Source: a candidate division FCPU426 bacterium
Lineage (GTDB): Bacteria; Oederibacteriota; Muellerivitia; Muellerivitales; Muellerivitaceae
Length of the DNA stretch: 64,000 nucleotides
Direction of reading: 5' to 3'
Assembly (NCBI GenBank): GCA_963847625.1
Contig: CAWKAR010000013.1
Coordinates: 1 to 64,000, forward strand
The notes under the pieces: model-generated
Told to the model about the DNA's origin: nothing
Seen by the model: the letters and a program-made list of their open reading frames with translations, nothing else
Database searches by the model: none
Part shown: in pieces, positions 1 through 9,191 of the stretch
How the letters are laid out: the number at the start of each line of letters is the position of its first letter
Numbering within the stretch: the stretch's first letter is position 1
Position numbers and translations under genes: made by a program

Positions 1-1050
1 GTTCCATAAGTAAGTGCAACACTTAGTGTCTGAAGAAGGCCGCATGAATAGGATATGCGGCTATGAAAAAGAAATACAAGCATTTAAGCGTTGAAGAAAG
101 AGATCATTTATCCGTCTTGAAAGGAAAGGGTCTTAGCCTTCGAGCAATTTCACGCGCCTTGAAGAGGTCTCCTTCCACCCTCTCCAGGGAACTCAAGCGC
201 AATGCTCCCCCTATCCGTTCTGGTTATTATCTTTCTCATCGAGCCCATCAACGGTATGTTGACCGCAACCAACAACGAGCACGCCGTTTACGCCTGAAAA
301 CAAAACGAATTCGTGCCTACGTCCGTCGTCAATTGAAACGAGGCTGGTCTCCAGAACTCATTTCAGGTCGATTAGGTCACCTACGGCCTAAGCAAACCAT
401 TGGTCCTGAAGCTATCTATCAGTGGGTTTATGCTGAAGCCACTGAGCTGATTCCTTGCCTAGTTCGACACCACCGGCGACGATTCTCATTTGGCCATAGC
501 CGTAAGCACGCCAAAAACCATATCCCAGGCCGTGTTTCCATCGATAAGCGCTCCGAGATCGCCAATCAACGCAAGCAATTCGGCCATTGGGAAACCGACA
601 CCATGGTCTCTCGTCAGAGTAAAGTTGCTATGCGGGCTCTCGTCGAGCGTCAAAGCCGTTTTTCCAAGTTGGGAAAGCTCAAACGAAAGACCGCTCGCCA
701 AATGAGTCATAGCCTCAACCGCGCTTTATGCCGCTTCCCTCAAGACGCCCGCCTGAGTCTGACCTATGACAACGGAACCGAAAACACCAACCACTTGGAA
801 ACCAACCACGTGCTTGGTACAAAATCCTTTTTCTGCGCCCCTTTCCACAGTTGGGAAAAAGGTACGGTGGAAAATACTATCGGTCTTGTCCGCCGCCATT
901 TGCCTAAAAAGACTGATCTTGCTAAAGTGTCCTTCAAAGAATTCAGGACCATAGAAAGATGGCTCAATAACAGGCCCAGGAAATGTTTGGGCTTTAAAAC
1001 TCCGGCGGAAGTCTTCCGGCGAAGTGTTGCACTTACTCCGTGAATTCGGC
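1..1050 (+). mobile_element. IS30-family insertion sequence, copy 1 (first 5 bp cut off by window edge)
   Basis: Imperfect terminal IRs: left (cccga)gttccataagtaagtgcaacact, right agtgttgcacttactccgtgaattcggc ending at 1050; near-identical to 1486-2540 and 45317-46371. Confidence 0.95.
63..1043 (+). CDS. IS30-family transposase
   Basis: N-terminal HTH (YKHLSVEER...SPSTLSRELKRN), WSPELISGRL, DDE motifs GHWETDT / LTYDNGTE / WEKGTVENT, LNNRPRKCLGFKTP. Confidence 0.96.
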   Translation: MKKKYKHLSVEERDHLSVLKGKGLSLRAISRALKRSPSTLSRELKRNAPPIRSGYYLSHRAHQRYVDRNQQRARRLRLKTKRIRAYVRRQLKRGWSPELISGRLGHLRPKQTIGPEAIYQWVYAEATELIPCLVRHHRRRFSFGHSRKHAKNHIPGRVSIDKRSEIANQRKQFGHWETDTMVSRQSKVAMRALVERQSRFSKLGKLKRKTARQMSHSLNRALCRFPQDARLSLTYDNGTENTNHLETNHVLGTKSFFCAPFHSWEKGTVENTIGLVRRHLPKKTDLAKVSFKEFRTIERWLNNRPRKCLGFKTPAEVFRRSVALTP

Positions 1051-1345
1051 ATTCCTTTTTCCATTTTTCTTGAATCCATTCAAAATAACCACTTGACGAA
1101 GGACCAAAACCACTAAAATTAGGGGTGCTTCCAGCTTCTACGACTATTATGTCGTTTCCAGGAGACGCTAATTTTAATAAGTCTCTAATTTCTTGAACAC
1201 TACAAAATTCATTATCAGCGATTAGAAGCCAAAAATTATCAATCCGGTGCCACCAAGAATAACCATTTTTTGTCAAATATTCCCCAAAAGCTTTTTCTTG
1301 TTCTTGAGACATACCATTAATTCCAATTACAAATCTTTTTTTCAT
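1051..1345 (-). CDS. Small ~98 aa hypothetical protein (possible Cas2/VapD-like ferredoxin fold); 3' end abuts IS30 copy 1
   Basis: ORF 764..1345 starts after a GAGGGAG RBS; unique part ends at EKWKKE and then reads into the IS; AT-rich. Confidence 0.6.
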
Positions 1346-1485
1346 TCTTTTTTTCCTCCCTCATCAAAATGTTCCGGGAGTGATAAAGAAGAATTCATAT
1401 CTATAAAACCATGAGTACTATCACCATATATTCCTTTTTCTATTGCCATTTTTTCTATTGTGAATTTTTCCGAGCGCAATGAATC

Positions 1486-2540
1486 GCCGAATTCACGGAG
1501 TAAGTGCAACACTTCGCCGGAAGACTTCCGCCGGAGTTTTAAAGCCCAAACATTTCCTGGGTCTGTTATTGAGCCATCTTTCTATGGCCCTGAATTTTTT
1601 GAAGGACACTTTAGCAAGATCAGTCTTTTTAGGCAAATGGCGGCGGACAAGACCGATAGTATTTTCCACAGTACCTTTTTCCCAACTGTGGAAAGGGGCG
1701 CAGAAAAAGGATTTTGTACCAAGCACGTGGTTGGTTTCCAAGTGGTTGGTGTTTTCGGTTCCGTTGTCATAGGTCAGACTCAAGCGGGCGTCTTGAGGGA
1801 AGCGGCATAAAGCGCGGTTGAGGCTATGACTCATTTGGCGAGCGGTCTTTCGTTTGAGCTTTCCCAACTTGGAAAAACGGCTTTGACGCTCGACGAGAGC
1901 CCGCATAGCCACTTTACTCTGACGAGAGACCATGGTGTCGGTTTCCCAATGGCCGAATTGCTTGCGTTGATTGGCGATCTCGGAGCGCTTATCGATGGAA
2001 ACACGGCCTGGGATATGGTTTTTGGCGTGCTTACGGCTGTGGCCAAATGAGAATCGTCGCCGGTGGTGTCGAACTAGGCAAGGAATCAGCTCAGTGGCTT
2101 CAGCGTAAACCCACTGATAGATAGCTTCAGGACCAATGGTTTGCTTAGGCCGTAGGTGACCTAATCGACCTGAAATGAGTTCTGGTGACCAGCCTCGTTT
2201 CAATTGACGACGGACGTAGGCACGAATTCGTTTTGTTTTCAGGCGTAAACGGCGTGCTCGTTGTTGGTTGCGGTCAACATACCGTTGATGGGCTCGATGA
2301 GAAAGATAATAACCAGAACGGATAGGGGGAGCATTGCGCTTGAGTTCCCTGGAGAGGGTGGAAGGAGACCTCTTCAAGGCGCGGGAAATGGCTCGAAGGC
2401 TAAGACCCTTTCCTTTCAAGACGGATAAATGATCTCTTTCTTCAACGCTTAAATGCTTGTATTTCTTTTTCATAGCCGCATATCCTATTCATGCGGCCTT
2501 CTTCAGACACTAAGTGTTGCACTTACTTATGGAACTCGGG
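1486..2540 (-). mobile_element. IS30-family insertion sequence, copy 2 (1055 bp, inverted relative to copy 1)
   Basis: Same IRs; flanks atc / cca give no direct repeat. Confidence 0.95.
1493..2473 (-). CDS. IS30-family transposase
   Basis: 326 aa; differs from copy 1 at KKFRA vs KEFRT; same translation as copy 3. Confidence 0.96.
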   Translation of the reverse strand: MKKKYKHLSVEERDHLSVLKGKGLSLRAISRALKRSPSTLSRELKRNAPPIRSGYYLSHRAHQRYVDRNQQRARRLRLKTKRIRAYVRRQLKRGWSPELISGRLGHLRPKQTIGPEAIYQWVYAEATELIPCLVRHHRRRFSFGHSRKHAKNHIPGRVSIDKRSEIANQRKQFGHWETDTMVSRQSKVAMRALVERQSRFSKLGKLKRKTARQMSHSLNRALCRFPQDARLSLTYDNGTENTNHLETNHVLGTKSFFCAPFHSWEKGTVENTIGLVRRHLPKKTDLAKVSFKKFRAIERWLNNRPRKCLGFKTPAEVFRRSVALTP

Positions 2541-3583
2541 CCATTCCAATCCAAGACCACCAAATCTTTCCCCCTGAAAGCCAGGGTCAGGGATTCGGGA
2601 TTCGCGACAGCCGATTCGACGGTCACGCCGTCGTTTCCATACCAGACGGAATATTTACTGGAATCCCCGAGACGAGATAACAAGTTCCCGGCCATGGCCT
2701 CATCCATTCTTGACATCGGCGGGGGGAGAATGACCTTGACCAGGCAGTAATTGGGGATGGGGAAAAATTCGTTTTCCAATTGGGTTTCGGTTTCGACGGA
2801 AGGGGTCCAAGCAGCGGGCGCGGCGGGCGCTGACGCGCCCGAATTTTGAATGTTTAATTTTAAATTTTGAATTGAGGTAGGTTCTGCATTCGTGGCCTCA
2901 TTCGAACCGCTTGGATTATTGCCAACTGCCGGCGTAGCCGCGGCATCAGAATGATTTTGCGTGCCCTCCCAGGTTTTAAAATCATGCCACGCGCACCTCG
3001 CGAACAATATGATGAACACCAAAGTCGCGGCCCCGTAAATAGCTTCCCTAATGCCCTTCCAGTCCGGTTTTTCCCCCGGCTTTTGGGGCGGTAATTCCCC
3101 CTCCCGGCCAAAGGCCGCCCCTGGCGTTTGAACATCGGTTTTATCCCCTTCCTGGGTGTTTTTTCCCTTAACCTTTATTTGTTTTTGGGAGGGGCTTCTT
3201 CTCTTGACCCGGGTGGGGTCGAAATCCTTGACCGGTTTACCGCTTGCCATATGAACCAGGAGGCCTTTGATTTTTAGTGGGATCAGGCGATGAGAAATGA
3301 TCACATCCAATGCCGCATTGGCGGCCTTTGGAACATCATCCACCTTGCCTCTCAGGCTCGTTAGGGCCCTGGCACTATTTAAAGAGAGCTCATAGGGGTT
3401 GGTAGCTTTTGCAGCCATTCGGATCTTATTGATCGCCACTGTATCGAAACATTGGTTAAGGGCAAAATAAATAGTCAACATACGGTCGCTCGTCTTTAAG
3501 GTTTTGGCCAGTTCATCGTTATTGGGCGGGGGGTTTTTCTTTAGTTCTTTTGCTAAAAGAGTCAGATTATCCAGCCATGCCAT
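2541..3583 (-). pseudogene. ParB/Spo0J-like HTH protein with one transmembrane helix; 3' end cut by IS30, 5' end separated by IS110
   Basis: NNDELAKTLKTS...ELSLNSARALTSL resembles the ParB HTH region; hydrophobic AIYGAATLVFIILFARCAW; the ORF's stop (2510) lies inside IS30 copy 2. Confidence 0.55.
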
Positions 3584-3684
3584 ATTGCTGATATGAATGA
3601 GCCAGTCAACCTCTAAGGTTTTTCCTTTGTCTTTTCCGTATCAAGGTCCCAATGGGAACCCTGATTCCGAAAGCCCGGCTTGTT

Positions 3685-3836
3685 TCGACGATGAATCAAG
3701 CTGATATTCGCGTGTTAATCCGGTTGCCCGGTTCAGGGACGCAAGATTTTCATCCGTCGGGAGCATCCTCATTCTAAAGTCGTGGGTCGTCTCAAGCTTG
3801 CGCCATTGCGCCACATAGCAAGATCGAGGTTTCTCC
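3685..3836 (-). ncRNA. Predicted bridge RNA / seekRNA of the IS110 element
   Basis: Two stem / internal loop / stem units (CCTC/GAGG + GTGG/CCAC; GACG/CGTC + GCGT/ACGC) whose loops match the reconstructed target and circle-junction sequences; ends approximate. Confidence 0.75.
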
Positions 3837-3891
3837 GTATCGTTGCCGCGCTCTCGGAACCAAGATTCCCCTTTCATGGAACCCATGCCGC

Positions 3892-4992
3892 CTAAACCGC
3901 CTTGTATGTCTCTCGGGCGATAGCCCAAACAAACCCGGCCAACTCACGGGCTACCGCCATCACAGCAACCTGGCTCAGCTTCCCCTTGTTCACCAACCTC
4001 CAGAACTTGCGATGAAGCCGATCCTGGGCTTTCCGGGCCATTCGTTGTATTGTCTCCGGGCATTTGCGCCGTCTTTCCAACAGCGATTTTCCCGTGCCGC
4101 CATGCCGATAGCTCCAGGCGGCCTCCCCTAAAATCCGGCGGATATGGGCATTCCCAGTCTTGGTAATTCCGCCTCGCCAAATCCGTGGCCCTGTGCTGGA
4201 CTCACAAATCCCCAAGCCCGCATATCCCATGAAGTCACGCGCACTTTCAAATCTTCCAAATTCCTGAGCTTCCACCGCCAACGTCACCGCTCCCAAGGTG
4301 TCGATCCCTTTCAAGGCGCTTAGACATTCCACCATCCGCCGATAGGGCTTCTCCTGCGCCAAATCCATCACCTGTTGACTTAGTTTTTCCAGGTGGGTTT
4401 CCGTATCGTCCAAGGCCCTCAAATAAGCGTTGTGCGTCTCCTGGGCATAAACCAAATCAAAACGTTGGGCCCTCAGCCATCCCCGATGCGCCACTCCCCA
4501 AGCCTTGCTTTCCCGCCAAACGCGTCCCTGTCTCAACAGGAACTTTGACATCCGGTGCCGGGCCCTCAGTCGGTTCGCCATCACATCCTCCCTCACCCGC
4601 ACCAAGTCCCTCGCCGCCTCCTCTTCTACCCCCGGTATCCAAATCTCTGTCAACTCCCCGGCACGGTACAATTTGGCCAGCTTCACCGCGTCCCTTCGGT
4701 CTGTCTTCACCCGGTCTCCAGTCCGCACTGGCGTATGCCCGGGAGAAATCACCACGCACTTGAACCCTTTGGCGGACAACTTCCTTTGCAACTCGTACCC
4801 GCATGGCCCTGCTTCATATACAAACGTCAAGGGTCCACGGCTGCCAAGCCGGTCCATCATCCGTTCCACAGCTTTGGGCGTATTCTCGATCTTGAAGTTT
4901 TCCTTTATTTCATCCGCCCCTGTCGGCAGAACCGCCCCGACCACCGTATCCTTGTGTACATCCAGCCCGACCACTGTGATAAAATTTACCAT
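3892..4992 (-). CDS. IS110-family DEDD recombinase/transposase
   Basis: VGLDVHK, YEAGPCG, KTDRRDA; C-terminal GLGICESSTG...GGITKTGNAHIRR. Confidence 0.96.
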   Translation of the reverse strand: MVNFITVVGLDVHKDTVVGAVLPTGADEIKENFKIENTPKAVERMMDRLGSRGPLTFVYEAGPCGYELQRKLSAKGFKCVVISPGHTPVRTGDRVKTDRRDAVKLAKLYRAGELTEIWIPGVEEEAARDLVRVREDVMANRLRARHRMSKFLLRQGRVWRESKAWGVAHRGWLRAQRFDLVYAQETHNAYLRALDDTETHLEKLSQQVMDLAQEKPYRRMVECLSALKGIDTLGAVTLAVEAQEFGRFESARDFMGYAGLGICESSTGPRIWRGGITKTGNAHIRRILGEAAWSYRHGGTGKSLLERRRKCPETIQRMARKAQDRLHRKFWRLVNKGKLSQVAVMAVARELAGFVWAIARETYKAV

Positions 4993-5140
4993 GAGTCAGC
5001 ACCTCCGTATGCGGATAGGCTCCCAAAAGGAGCAACCCGCGTTTTTGGGGCGCTTTCAGCGACCCCGCTTATTCTACGCAGGTCGCTGGCTCATTCATGT
5101 TATCTAACCTTTTGTTCGTCCAAGATGGGCTCCTTTTTAT

Positions 5141-5507
5141 ACTGGGTTATCCCTCCCAGCACTGGGTTCGTGGTCTCCAGCACTGGGTTCGCGGTTCCCA
5201 GCACTGGGTTCGCGGCCTCCTGCACTGGGTTCGCAGTTCCCAGCACTGGGTTCGCGGCCTCCTGCACTGGGTTCGCGGTTCCCAGCACTGGGTTCGCAGC
5301 TTCCTGCACTGGGTTCGTAGTTCCCAGCACTGGGTTCGCGGCCTCCTGCACTGGGTTCGCAGTTCCCAGCACTGGGTTCGCGGTTCCCAGCACTGGGTTC
5401 GCAGTTCCCAGCACTGGGTTCGCGGTTCCCAGCACTGGGTTCGCGGCCTCCTGCACTGGGTTCGCAGTTCCCAGCACTGGGTTCGCGGCTTCCTGCACTG
5501 GGTTCAC
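5141..5507. repeat. Tandem array of 17 x 21 bp units (core GCACTGGGTTCG) plus a degenerate unit at 5141
   Basis: ACTGGGTT recurs every 21 bp from 5161 to 5497; the minus frame encodes NPVLGTA / NPVQEAA heptads. Confidence 0.97.
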
Positions 5508-5710
5508 AGCCCCCTGCTGGCAGGACTACCAACCCAGGTATGGGTATCTGCTTCGTGGTATTTTAAAAGTGGGATTTATTGGTGTTCCACAAAAAACTCG
5601 CTAAAAAAGGTTAATAGTTTGACCCCATTTGCATGAAAGCTGGGAATTGGGAGTGCACCGATCATCCATAAAAACAAAATGAGACCGGCACTATACCAGC
5701 CTCAATCAAC

Positions 5711-5747
5711 AAAAAAACCCGCCCCACGGGAGTGGGACGGGTTTTTT
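5711..5747. terminator. Bidirectional intrinsic terminator
   Basis: aaaaaaacccgccccac-ggga-gtgggacgggtttttt hairpin with A and T tails. Confidence 0.75.
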
Positions 5748-5757
5748 ATCGTTTCCG

Positions 5758-6085
5758 TCAGTGCGCCGAAAACCTTAAGGGCAAGTCGTCAAATTTATAA
5801 TCAATCGCAGAAGCGGTTCCCCCAGCCGTAAATGTACCCGGCATGACCGCCCACCCATTGGTGAACCAGTAGCGAGTCCCACCCGTCGAATTACTAAGTA
5901 CAGCATTACTATCCGAAAATTCAAAAGCGAGCCAATAGGTTCCCTTCGGCAGGTAAATCGCCGGCAAGCTGGCCTTATTCCGCGAATTCGCAACAACGTT
6001 TTAAGGCCCGGTTTGGTACACCAAACCGGCCGGGTAGGTGCTGCCGCTGTCGTCATAAATTCCAAACCGTATTTGGCCCGTCACG
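5758..6085 (-). pseudogene. Fragment of a secreted beta-rich protein gene with an internal stop
   Basis: One frame reads GQIRFGIYDDSGSTYPAGLVYQTGP*NVVANSRNKASLPAIYLPKGTYWLAFEF; no proper start. Confidence 0.45.
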
Positions 6086-6109
6086 GGACCCGCTCCAATC
6101 AATGGTGAG

Positions 6110-6757
6110 TCACCGGTTTTGTTCAAGCCTGCTCACATTTAAACTGTACAAACCTTCTTTATCAAATTTGCCTATGATCAGAATGGCATCGTCATAATCC
6201 ACCCTCTGATTCGTTTCCTTATTAAAAATCTTTCCTTTTCCAATCAGGGACAATTTGGTGAATTGGGACATTTCCGTTATTTTCGGGGGGGCAAAGGGTT
6301 CAGCCGAATGAATCCCACCCTTAAAAAGATCATCAAAACTTTTCTGGCTCATTCCCAGGCGGATCCCTTGCACCAAAACCCTGTCCAAGGGTTTTGTCAG
6401 CCTGAAAGTTTTCCCTTTTTTCATTTTGAAATGATCCGATTTATGAACCGTAAAGCCTAAAAGAGTTTTTTGGTCCCCGCCCTTTTCTCCCGACCAGAAA
6501 TCAATGACGATTGAACCATCCCGCGTGACGAAATAGCGGGAGTCAATATCCCCGGCGGCATCGCCGGTTGAAACGATGGGGGCCGTTCCTAATGATTTCT
6601 CTACATCAGATAAAGTATTTTTCCCCAACTGGAACCCCAAAAATTTAGTAAAGGCAAGGGGATCAAAAGCAAAGGCGGGCCGGATGAATAACAAGCTGCC
6701 CGCAACAAAAAAAAGACCAGCTAAAAACCAGTTTCCAGCTTTCATGTTTGCCCCCAT
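6110..6757 (-). CDS. Hypothetical secreted protein
   Basis: 215 aa ORF; signal peptide ending PAFA. Confidence 0.7.
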   Translation of the reverse strand: MGANMKAGNWFLAGLFFVAGSLLFIRPAFAFDPLAFTKFLGFQLGKNTLSDVEKSLGTAPIVSTGDAAGDIDSRYFVTRDGSIVIDFWSGEKGGDQKTLLGFTVHKSDHFKMKKGKTFRLTKPLDRVLVQGIRLGMSQKSFDDLFKGGIHSAEPFAPPKITEMSQFTKLSLIGKGKIFNKETNQRVDYDDAILIIGKFDKEGLYSLNVSRLEQNR

Positions 6758-6877
6758 TAAATCGATAGTAATTTTTAAACTTCCTAATATTTGCCTGCGA
6801 CCCCTGCCGATCGCTATGGAGCTATCCCCTGCGCCAAGCCGGGGGCTTGGTGCTCCCCGCCGTGGACAAGTAACGAC

Positions 6878-7054
6878 CTAAAATTTATAGACGAGTTTCG
6901 CTTTGATGTACATGGCTATTGCTCCGACAATCCAACCCGCGAAAAATATAGCGACGGGCTTGGCTTGTTCTTTACCACCCTTGAGCCAAAATAGGACGAG
7001 AACGACAGCCATAACAATGGCCACCGCGATCCCCCAACTTACGAATTTATTCAT
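6878..7054 (-). CDS. Small two-TM membrane protein (cassette 1)
   Basis: 58 aa from ATG 7054 with a GGGGG RBS; two hydrophobic helices. Confidence 0.7.
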   Translation of the reverse strand: MNKFVSWGIAVAIVMAVVLVLFWLKGGKEQAKPVAIFFAGWIVGAIAMYIKAKLVYKF

Positions 7055-7166
7055 AATGTAACCCCCGATTTTGTTGTCCAATCTGGCTCCCCGCCGTGGA
7101 CAATCAATTGTGGATTGGAGGAGAAATATTTCGATAATTTAGGCGGGGAACCGGCAATGGCATTAT

Positions 7167-7460
7167 TTAAACGGCTTTTGCTAAAATCGGCTTCTTCTTA
7201 TGGTGTATTCTTTGTGCCTTCGACAAATCATAATTTTTCTGCAAATTCAGCCACAAATCAGGAGTTGTTCTTAATACGTCAGCCAAAGACAGTGCCGCTT
7301 CAGGAGTAATCCCTCTCCTGCCATGGATGATTTCATTTATCTTGGCATGGGACCATCCTAAGTGTGAAGCAAAGGAATTTTGCGAAACACCCAAAGGTTT
7401 CAAAAACTCTTCACTTAAAATTTCACCAGGATGGGTCGGGGGCCGGGATTTTGGTAACAT
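7167..7460 (-). CDS. higA: HigA-family antitoxin (cassette 2)
   Basis: PTHPGEILSEEFLKPLG...GRRGITPEAALSLA...LWLNLQ. Confidence 0.93.
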   Translation of the reverse strand: MLPKSRPPTHPGEILSEEFLKPLGVSQNSFASHLGWSHAKINEIIHGRRGITPEAALSLADVLRTTPDLWLNLQKNYDLSKAQRIHHKKKPILAKAV

Positions 7461-7476
7461 GATCTCTCCCTTAAAC

Positions 7477-7767
7477 TTAATGGTAATCCACAATTCGAAC
7501 TTCTTCCGCCTTGTTTTCAATCCACCGGAAGGCAACACGCCATTGATCGTTTATACGGACGCTGTAAAACCCTCGCCAATTACCCTTTAACGCCTCGAAA
7601 TGATTTCCTGGCGGCACCCGTAGATCGTTGATATTCCCGGCGGCGTTAATAAAGTCCAGTAAACGCCTAGCTTTCGGGTGCAAATCCAAAGGCAAGCGTC
7701 GGGACGCCTTAGAGTTAATTCCATCGAAAACATCACGTGTTAATTTATCCGCGATGGAATGAATCAT
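7477..7767 (-). CDS. higB: HigB/RelE-family toxin (cassette 2)
   Basis: DLRVPPGNHFEALKG...YSVRINDQWR...IVDYH; located upstream of its antitoxin. Confidence 0.93.
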   Translation of the reverse strand: MIHSIADKLTRDVFDGINSKASRRLPLDLHPKARRLLDFINAAGNINDLRVPPGNHFEALKGNWRGFYSVRINDQWRVAFRWIENKAEEVRIVDYH

Positions 7768-7775
7768 TTGGGATG

Positions 7776-7804
7776 ATTATATCGTTTGTCGATATAGTTG
7801 TCAA
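7776..7804 (-). promoter_or_regulatory. Consensus sigma70 promoter of higBA with a palindromic operator
   Basis: TTGACA-17bp-TATAAT; tatatcg-N5-cgatata palindrome across the spacer; ATG 8 nt past the -10. Confidence 0.85.
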
Positions 7805-7916
7805 ATTTCAAGACGCAGTTAATCCTATTAACCGATTGATCTCCTTCCAATAAACCTGTTCAATATGGGTCCCCGTCGTGGACGATCCTTTTTAAACGTT
7901 GGATCAAATATAATTA

Positions 7917-8520
7917 TCACTTTGGGGCCAAGGCCTTGTTTCGTAATTGAATAATCATTTGGTACAACATCTCGGCTTGAGGCACATCAAAAAAGGCCAG
8001 AATGCCCTGGCTAACGCCTCTGCTAAAAAAATCCATACCAGTATTTGCATAATTAAATCTGAAACCACTTGTGGAGTTGAAGCTCAAAGAGCCGACGCCA
8101 TTCGAACCGATATATTTGTTGATCACTGGAATTTGATTAAGAAACTGGGCTTGCACTTGCCGCCCAAACCCCTCAATCACGATGATGATCCTGAGGTTTG
8201 TTATGGCGTAAAAGGTCCTTTTTTTCTTCCAAACCTTATAAAAAAACCTTCCAAAAATCATATAAAGACCAATAGCGACAAAAAGAATCCCCATAAACTC
8301 GACGAAAAACGGCGCACCATGGCTGTTCCTGTTGAGGGGGGTCAAGCCCAAGGTGTTGAGTTTCACAGACAACCGCAATTCCACCCCACATCAGGCTGAA
8401 GGGGATCATAAAAATGTCCGATTCGCTAAAAATGACCGAAGGGTCGGGTTGTCCCGACCAATAAATTTTTTCAGCGGGGATCAAATCGGTTAGAAATTCC
8501 GTTTCCAATGAATATTCCAT
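7917..8520 (-). CDS. Bacterial PH-domain-type membrane protein, split by a +1 frameshift near 8362 (cassette 3)
   Basis: EKIYWSGQP...IPFSLMWGG joins GLYMIFGRFF...RTFYAITNLRII if one A is removed. Confidence 0.7.
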
Positions 8521-8649
8521 TTTAAAAACTCCTTTCCATTCGTCTTCAAAACCTCATTTTAAAAACCTTTATGATCTTTTTTATCGATTAGAAAATGACA
8601 CTTTCCTTTGTCCACGATGGGTCCCCATCGTGGACAACCCTTTTAGCCT

Positions 8650-8961
8650 TTACAAACCCAGGGCAAATAACACGGCCTGCCGGGCCTCCAACAGTTTCAA
8701 ATGGGGCAGTGTCGTAATAAGGCCCCCTAATTTCGCCTTGGAAACGGTTTGGATATGGTCGAAGTTAACAGCGCAATCCTTCGCCAACCCTTCGCTTCGA
8801 CCCAGCTTAACTTCGCTGGGAATTTGGCGAATCGTGGAGGTGATGGGGGCCACCGTAACCTCATTCAGGTATTCAATGATGGAGTTTCGGGTCAAAATCA
8901 AAACAGGACGTTTCTTATCGGGATGGGCGAACTTGTACCAACGAACTTCTCCTCGTTTCAT
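8650..8961 (-). CDS. mazF: PemK/MazF toxin (cassette 4)
   Basis: MKRGEV...DKKRPVLILT...VTVAPITST. Confidence 0.92.
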   Translation of the reverse strand: MKRGEVRWYKFAHPDKKRPVLILTRNSIIEYLNEVTVAPITSTIRQIPSEVKLGRSEGLAKDCAVNFDHIQTVSKAKLGGLITTLPHLKLLEARQAVLFALGL

Positions 8962-9191
8962 TCGTCACCCCAGGCTTGTTCCTTCTCCCAAGCGCCGACT
9001 TCTTCCCGGGTGGCGGGATGGGTTTGGTAACCCTGGCGGTGCTGGTGTTCCAATTGTTTTATCTCCATGTTCCGGAGCGCTTCCTTGAGTGCCAACCGGG
9101 TGAACGCCGACCGGGTCGTGCGCAATTTCTTAGCCGCTTGGTCCACCGACTTTACCAGTTCGTCCTCCAGCGTCATCTGTACCGTCCTCAT
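8958..9191 (-). CDS. Ribbon-helix-helix antitoxin (cassette 4)
   Basis: MRTVQMTLEDELVKSVD...TRSAFTR; GGAGG RBS; 4 bp overlap with the toxin. Confidence 0.88.
   Translation of the reverse strand: MRTVQMTLEDELVKSVDQAAKKLRTTRSAFTRLALKEALRNMEIKQLEHQHRQGYQTHPATREEVGAWEKEQAWGDE

Larger units (their letters stand above)
3588..5105 (-). mobile_element. IS110-family (IS1111 group) element
   Basis: Perfect 13 bp subterminal IRs atgaatgagccag (3593-3605) / ctggctcattcat (5086-5098); shared core AG (minus strand) at 3588-3589 and 5104-5105; long non-coding region downstream of the recombinase. Confidence 0.92.

Noticed and set aside
3641..3928. 95 aa ORF downstream of the IS110 recombinase
   Set aside because: Overlaps the predicted bridge RNA; no protein features.
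5141..5507. CRISPR array
   Set aside because: Units are contiguous 21-mers with only two main variants, no unique spacers and no cas operon.
5582..5590. DnaA box beside the repeat array
   Set aside because: Single mismatched copy (tgttccaca) and no rep or dnaA gene nearby.
6077..6090. cccgtcacgggac as an eighth cassette site
   Set aside because: Spacing is off, there is no central TC or left arm, and it lies in a pseudogene frame.
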